From NCBI GenBank assembly GCA_030615505.1, contig JAUWZD010000003.1, positions 5,736 to 69,735 of the forward strand: a stretch of DNA of 64,000 bases. Direction: 5' to 3'. The position numbers and the translations under genes were made by a program. The DNA comes from Spirochaetales bacterium (lineage in GTDB: Bacteria; Spirochaetota; Spirochaetia; SZUA-6; DRHE01). Each line of letters opens with the position of its first letter. Positions within the stretch are counted from its first letter, which is position 1. The notes beneath the pieces are model-generated. The model saw nothing but the letters and a program-made list of their open reading frames with translations. It searched no databases and was not told the origin of the DNA. Shown here one piece after another: positions 60,087-64,000 of this stretch.

Positions 60087-60186
60087 TGTTCCTTAAAACC
60101 GTTTTGGCGTGGGAATAAGAACCTCTTTTCCCCACAATCTTTAATAAAATAATGTATTCTTAGTTTATGTTAAACAATAATTTATT

Positions 60187-60408
60187 TTATGTCAACAGTT
60201 TCCTTTGCCTCAATAAATTCGTATAGGCAGTTTTTTCTTTTTCACCGCCAGTTTCGGCTTTTCGCTTAAAAATCTCAATCTGATTCTGAACCATATTATA
60301 CCAGCGGTTTTTTGTTTTGGCAACCCCTTTTTTGACATTAAGACCGCGTTTTCTTAATACTTCGGTATGGGAGAGTAATTTGATTAGTTTATCTCTGTCA
60401 TCTTTCAT
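60187..60408 (-). CDS. hypothetical basic protein
   Basis: 73-aa ORF. Confidence 0.4.
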   Translation of the reverse strand: MKDDRDKLIKLLSHTEVLRKRGLNVKKGVAKTKNRWYNMVQNQIEIFKRKAETGGEKEKTAYTNLLRQRKLLT

Positions 60409-60417
60409 ATTGTCTTT

Positions 60418-60693
60418 TTATACGAGCGTTATTTTATACCCTTTTTCTTCAAGCAATTTTTTGAGTTGATTAGACATATCTCTTGCATGATCTATACTAA
60501 ATACCGCACCACTGATGTAAAATGAATTGCCTCCCTCTTTGGGTTTAGTAATATCTACGGCACAACTCCAACCCCAGTCATTCTCACGACAATGAGAACG
60601 ACCCTTTAATAATTCTGGCAGATTTTCAATACATGATTCCAGATCATCAATTTTAACTGGTTTATTAGCTACAATATCTATACTCCAGCTCAT
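60418..60693 (-). CDS. hypothetical protein
   Basis: 91-aa ORF with ATGA overlap with the small upstream ORF. Confidence 0.45.
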   Translation of the reverse strand: MSWSIDIVANKPVKIDDLESCIENLPELLKGRSHCRENDWGWSCAVDITKPKEGGNSFYISGAVFSIDHARDMSNQLKKLLEEKGYKITLV

Positions 60694-60791
60694 GTCAACT
60701 TTCCCCTATCTTTGTCTCTTTGGATCTCATCAATATCATAATCTGCTTTTAGCATTTCGATTTTCTTAATCTTAATTCTCTTTTTACCCAT
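60690..60791 (-). CDS. small ORF (33 aa) not in the supplied track
   Basis: The ATG at 60791 abuts the helicase stop (TAGATG), and its TGA overlaps the next ATG (ATGA). Hand translation: MGKKRIKIKKIEMLKADYDIDEIQRDKDRGKLT*. Confidence 0.35.
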   Translation of the reverse strand: MGKKRIKIKKIEMLKADYDIDEIQRDKDRGKLT

Positions 60792-63700
60792 CTACGCTAC
60801 TCCCTCCAGCCCTTGATTATATTTATATTGCTTTACTTGATCAATATATGAGGCCAGCCCTACATCGTCTAGGCTACCAGGGTCAAGTTGAAAAACCGCT
60901 CCTAACTCGGCTTTTCGCTGTATTCTGTCCCATTTAATCTTCTCATGCTCCGTGTCCGTAACAATATCATGATAGTCTATCTCTTCGTGTAGTTGCCCAT
61001 GTCTATCAATACGCCCCATTCTTTGCTCTCGCACCCAGGAAGTATGAGGAAGATCATAATTCATAAGATATTTTGCATTTTGTAGGTTTATTCCCGTTGC
61101 CCCTGCATCTGAACACAGCAAAATATCATATTTTCTATCTTTCGGATTTGGCGGATTAAAAGCATTCTTGACAATATCTTTTTCTTTGCCACTTAATGAA
61201 CCCTGAATTACACCTACTCTCACTCCGTATTCTCCTAGAGCTTTTTGTATTTGGTTAATGGACTCAATATTGTGAGCGAATATTACTCCAGGTTGCATAT
61301 CACCTACTTTAGCTCCACTTGCAGGATGATCTGCCATATATACTTTTTCAGAGATCAGATTCAACACTTTTTGGATTTTCGCATTAGTTCCATGCGGATG
61401 TTGATTGACTACTCTGTTCAAAGCTTCCTCTTTAATTACACCTATAGATTCCTGCAACCTTCTTGTAATATCTTCATGTCTTTCTGAAGATATACCTTTA
61501 AAACTGTTAGGAGAAAGCAGTTTCATAGCCTCAATGTCAGCTTTCCCCGCTCGATGAGCTTTTTGAGTACGTTTAAACGCACTTTCTACTTGTTTGTGTG
61601 CCTCAATCTGTTCTTTAGACAATTTAATTGTTTCTTTTTTCTCATTACGCCTAACCCCAGTAACCGTAGGAGAGGCATAATTGTATCTGGAAATCAATCT
61701 TCTTAAAGATTCTTTCGTAAAAGAAGAGTCAATTCCGTATCGTTTTATAAACTCATTTCTGTCATTAAATTTCTGTGGATCTATCTTTTTGAGCATATCA
61801 AACGCTTCACTTGCATCATTTTTAACCGGCGTAGCAGACTGGTTCATAAAATATGGAGTATTCTGATTCAGAGCATCAAGAACATTCGCTAAGGTACTAT
61901 CTGGCTTACCCTTTCTTTTGGTTGTATAATGAGACTCATCCACAACCAGCATAATGTCTGATTCAATTCCTTCTTTATCCATAACCTCTTTCATCAACTT
62001 TTTTCTTTCAGTCTGAGAAATAGAGTTAAAATATTTTTTCGTTTCATTTTCGCTCTTATTAATATGAGAACTGAGAAGATAAATCATGTCGTCTCTCAAA
62101 GATTGATGGGTAAATACTGCCATATCAAGTTTGTTATCTTTAAGAGCTACTATCCTCTCTTCTCTGGACATTCCAGGATTCGCATTCCAATTATATTTCC
62201 CGGGTTCCGTATATTTCAACATTTCAGAATTATGATTCCAAAATCCTTGACACCAATAATTATGGGTTAGTGGAATCTCAATATCATATACATCTTGACA
62301 ATTTAGTGGAGAAATGCTTATTATCCTATTGGTTCTTAAATATGAGTAGGCTAAAAATCCAAATTGAGAAAACCGTTCTTGTTGAATTGATAAATCAAGA
62401 TCTTTCAGAGCGTGACATTGCTGCAAAACTCGGGATGAATTATACCACTGTTCATCATCGGATAAAAGAATATGGCTTAAAAACCCATAATTGTTGCAAT
62501 TATCACATGGATGAAGATCAATTACGCAAATGGGTTCTACAAGATCATCGTTCTTGCTCCTGGATTGCAAAACAGATTGGTTGTTCCCGGTCTGCTGTTC
62601 GATTAAAACTTGTTGCGATGGGGATTGAGCGTGTTGGTAATATTTATCGCCATCAAGGTAATAAGGCCAATAATTGGCATGGTGGACGTATTTATCGACA
62701 TGATTATGTAAAGATTCTTGTAAAAAATCATCCCCGCGCTGATTCCGCAGGTTATGTTGGTGAACATATCCTCGTAATGGAACGATATTTAAGCCGATAT
62801 CTTCATGACAATGAGGTCGCCCACCATAAAAACGATCAAAAAGATGATAATCAGATTGATAATCTTGAATTGATGGGAGATCGTAAACACAGGTCCCTTC
62901 ATGCATTGAAATATCACCAGAAAAGACGCAAGAACCTTCGTTTAATTCCATAAGATATTCCCATCCTCGCTCTGTCAGAAACCTGTGTTTTCCAGTTACA
63001 ATTATCTTATTTCCATTATCCAGTTTTACTTCATACATTAGATCCTGACCTTTTATAAAAGGAATACTTGCCAGGAGTATTATTAACTTACCACTCTCTG
63101 TTAAACTATATACAAAAGGACGTACTTTCTGATTTTTCATTTCCCTAAAAGTCAAACTCTTATTTCTTATAGGATCATATAATATCGTATCACCCGTTAC
63201 ACATCCAAATTGCGCCTGAACTACAGAAGGAACAGCATATATTGCTCTGCTAACTTTTCCTTTGCTCTTTAAATTTGTAAAAGCTCCAATCGAAACAATT
63301 GACTTTCCTTTACCAGTCCCAAAACTAATATTAATTCGCTTTGCTTTTTCAAACATCTTAATCGCACGTTGTTGCTGGATATGTTTATCGCTGGACATTG
63401 TCATGCCCGCGAATACTTTGACTTTCTCTCCTCTGCGAAAATTAGTCGATACTTCGGGAATCAAAGACTTTAGTTGCACTTCTGCGCGCTTGCCTATAGT
63501 AATGATTTCCGACCCATCATCTTGCTTGACTTCTTCTTCTCCAAACAATCCAAGTTGAGCTTGATCCTGCTTGCGTATCTCTTCTAATAACTGAAGTGCC
63601 CTATCTCTCCGGACACCAGCCGCAAATTTTCCACCCTTTCTTTCTGCTACCTTTGCTGTTGCCGATTGCATTTCAGCCTGTACTTTATTTAGAATGTTAT

Positions 63701-64000
63701 CCCGCATTTCTTTGTCAAGAGTACCCAAGACATGATCTTCCCAATTAGCTATCTTTTTAACTCCTGTTTTTATCGGTTCGCCATGAACTCGACCATGATT
63801 TCTAGCATATTCTTTGAGGAAATCGCCTTTGATTTTATCTAATATAGTTTCTTGTGATCTTTTGACATCTCCATGCATTCGCACATATTCTCCCCAAGAG
63901 GTTTGTTCTCGCCGGACTTCACCTGCTTCCAGCTCGGCTTCTGTGGCGCCGCTCATATATTTGATATAATGATCTCGCATTTGAGATTCATACAATTCGG
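60792..64000 (-). CDS. large SNF2/DEAD-like helicase-domain protein, intein-containing, 5' end outside the window
   Basis: The frame is open to the window edge. Motif I GTGKGKS, Ia AVPSVVQAQFG|...|SEMLKY, II VVDESH, V-VI LLCSDAGATGINL ... QRMGRIDRHGQ. Confidence 0.8.
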   Translation of the reverse strand, partial: ELYESQMRDHYIKYMSGATEAELEAGEVRREQTSWGEYVRMHGDVKRSQETILDKIKGDFLKEYARNHGRVHGEPIKTGVKKIANWEDHVLGTLDKEMRDNILNKVQAEMQSATAKVAERKGGKFAAGVRRDRALQLLEEIRKQDQAQLGLFGEEEVKQDDGSEIITIGKRAEVQLKSLIPEVSTNFRRGEKVKVFAGMTMSSDKHIQQQRAIKMFEKAKRINISFGTGKGKSIVSIGAFTNLKSKGKVSRAIYAVPSVVQAQFGCVTGDTILYDPIRNKSLTFREMKNQKVRPFVYSLTESGKLIILLASIPFIKGQDLMYEVKLDNGNKIIVTGKHRFLTERGWEYLMELNEGSCVFSGDISMHEGTCVYDLPSIQDYQSDYHLFDRFYGGRPHCHEDIGLNIVPLRGYVHQHNLRNQRGDDFLQESLHNHVDKYVHHANYWPYYLDGDKYYQHAQSPSQQVLIEQQTGNNQSVLQSRSKNDDLVEPICVIDLHPCDNCNNYGFLSHILLSDDEQWYNSSRVLQQCHALKDLDLSIQQERFSQFGFLAYSYLRTNRIISISPLNCQDVYDIEIPLTHNYWCQGFWNHNSEMLKYTEPGKYNWNANPGMSREERIVALKDNKLDMAVFTHQSLRDDMIYLLSSHINKSENETKKYFNSISQTERKKLMKEVMDKEGIESDIMLVVDESHYTTKRKGKPDSTLANVLDALNQNTPYFMNQSATPVKNDASEAFDMLKKIDPQKFNDRNEFIKRYGIDSSFTKESLRRLISRYNYASPTVTGVRRNEKKETIKLSKEQIEAHKQVESAFKRTQKAHRAGKADIEAMKLLSPNSFKGISSERHEDITRRLQESIGVIKEEALNRVVNQHPHGTNAKIQKVLNLISEKVYMADHPASGAKVGDMQPGVIFAHNIESINQIQKALGEYGVRVGVIQGSLSGKEKDIVKNAFNPPNPKDRKYDILLCSDAGATGINLQNAKYLMNYDLPHTSWVREQRMGRIDRHGQLHEEIDYHDIVTDTEHEKIKWDRIQRKAELGAVFQLDPGSLDDVGLASYIDQVKQYKYNQGLEGVA
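62295..62324 (+). promoter_or_regulatory. candidate sigma70-type promoter for the antisense HNH gene
   Basis: TTGACA (62295-62300), 18-nt spacer, TATTAT (62319-62324), 17 nt before the ATG at 62342. There is no SD, so the mRNA would be short-leadered. Confidence 0.3.
62342..62953 (+). CDS. HTH-HTH-HNH homing endonuclease encoded antisense inside the intein
   Basis: Two HTH units (LSERDIAAKLGMNYTTVHHRIKEYG, SCSWIAKQIGCSRSAVRLKLVAMG) and the HNH motif GEHILVMERYL...VAHHKNDQKDDNQIDNLELMGDRKHRSLH. The open frame starts at 62270 (GTG), and the ATG at 62342 is preferred. Confidence 0.7.
   Translation: MSRLKIQIEKTVLVELINQDLSERDIAAKLGMNYTTVHHRIKEYGLKTHNCCNYHMDEDQLRKWVLQDHRSCSWIAKQIGCSRSAVRLKLVAMGIERVGNIYRHQGNKANNWHGGRIYRHDYVKILVKNHPRADSAGYVGEHILVMERYLSRYLHDNEVAHHKNDQKDDNQIDNLELMGDRKHRSLHALKYHQKRRKNLRLIP

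Larger units (their letters stand above)
62229..63203 (-). other. class-1 intein (325 aa) inserted in helicase motif Ia
   Basis: Block A CVTGDTIL (Cys codon 63203-63201), block B VTGKHRFLT, block F DVYDIEIPLTHNY, block G GFWNHN followed by +1 Ser (Asn codon 62231-62229). Boundaries checked against the nucleotide sequence. Confidence 0.8.
31707..64000. mobile_element. integrated contractile-tail (myovirus-type) prophage, left end at tRNA-Arg. Right end lies outside the window.
   Basis: A tyrosine integrase sits 128 nt 3' of the tRNA, followed by lysis, tail-fibre, baseplate, tape-measure, tube/sheath, neck and capsid modules, nearly all on the minus strand with ATGA-type coupling. Confidence 0.85.

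Noticed and set aside
62270-62341. GTG at 62270 as the start of the antisense HNH gene
   Set aside because: The extra 24 residues precede the first HTH, would overlap intein block F, and lie upstream of the promoter-like TTGACA-N18-TATTAT. The ATG at 62342 fits better, but this remains unresolved.
62400-62900. The His-rich minus-frame linker of the intein as a degenerate endonuclease domain
   Set aside because: It has no ordered HNH, LAGLIDADG or GIY-YIG motif. Its composition (Q/H/Y/D/N) is what the antisense of the plus-strand gene would give.
1-64000. CRISPR arrays, rRNA genes, transposases/IS elements
   Set aside because: I saw none. The only repeats found are the 74-bp direct repeat pair and short in-frame coding tandem repeats. 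By-eye scanning could miss short dispersed repeats.

Overview
This is a 64-kb window from a low-GC bacterial chromosome. The core-gene order looks spirochaete-like, which I infer from remembered synteny rather than a search: rpsF-ssb-rpsR-yybS-like-rplI-dnaB, and rpsB-tsf-frr-uppS-cdsA-dxr-rseP with no pyrH between tsf and frr.

Positions 1-31.7 kb are housekeeping or accessory host genes:
- a pore-less voltage-sensor/HAMP membrane protein
- two ComFB-family proteins, two HD hydrolases and a metallophosphoesterase
- a PilZ-like protein
- a yejBEF+A-type peptide ABC importer
- a vapC/phd toxin-antitoxin cassette bracketed by a 74-bp direct repeat
- the ribosomal-protein and replication clusters

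tRNA-Arg(CCG) at 31633-31706 marks the left junction of a contractile-tail (myovirus-type) prophage that runs to, and beyond, the window end. In order it carries a tyrosine integrase, a lysis cassette with an M23 peptidase, tail fibres, baseplate, tape measure, a frameshifted chaperone pair, tube, sheath, neck, capsid, protease/scaffold, and a large SNF2-type helicase protein that is truncated by the window edge.

The stand-out observation is in that helicase. It is interrupted between motif I and the DExH box by a 325-aa class-1 intein (Cys1 ... His-Asn|Ser). The central part of the intein has no endonuclease fold of its own. Instead it is the stop-free antisense strand of a complete HTH-HTH-HNH homing-endonuclease gene on the opposite (+) strand, which has its own sigma70-like promoter.

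All functional calls come from motif reading of the supplied ORF translations. No database search was possible.
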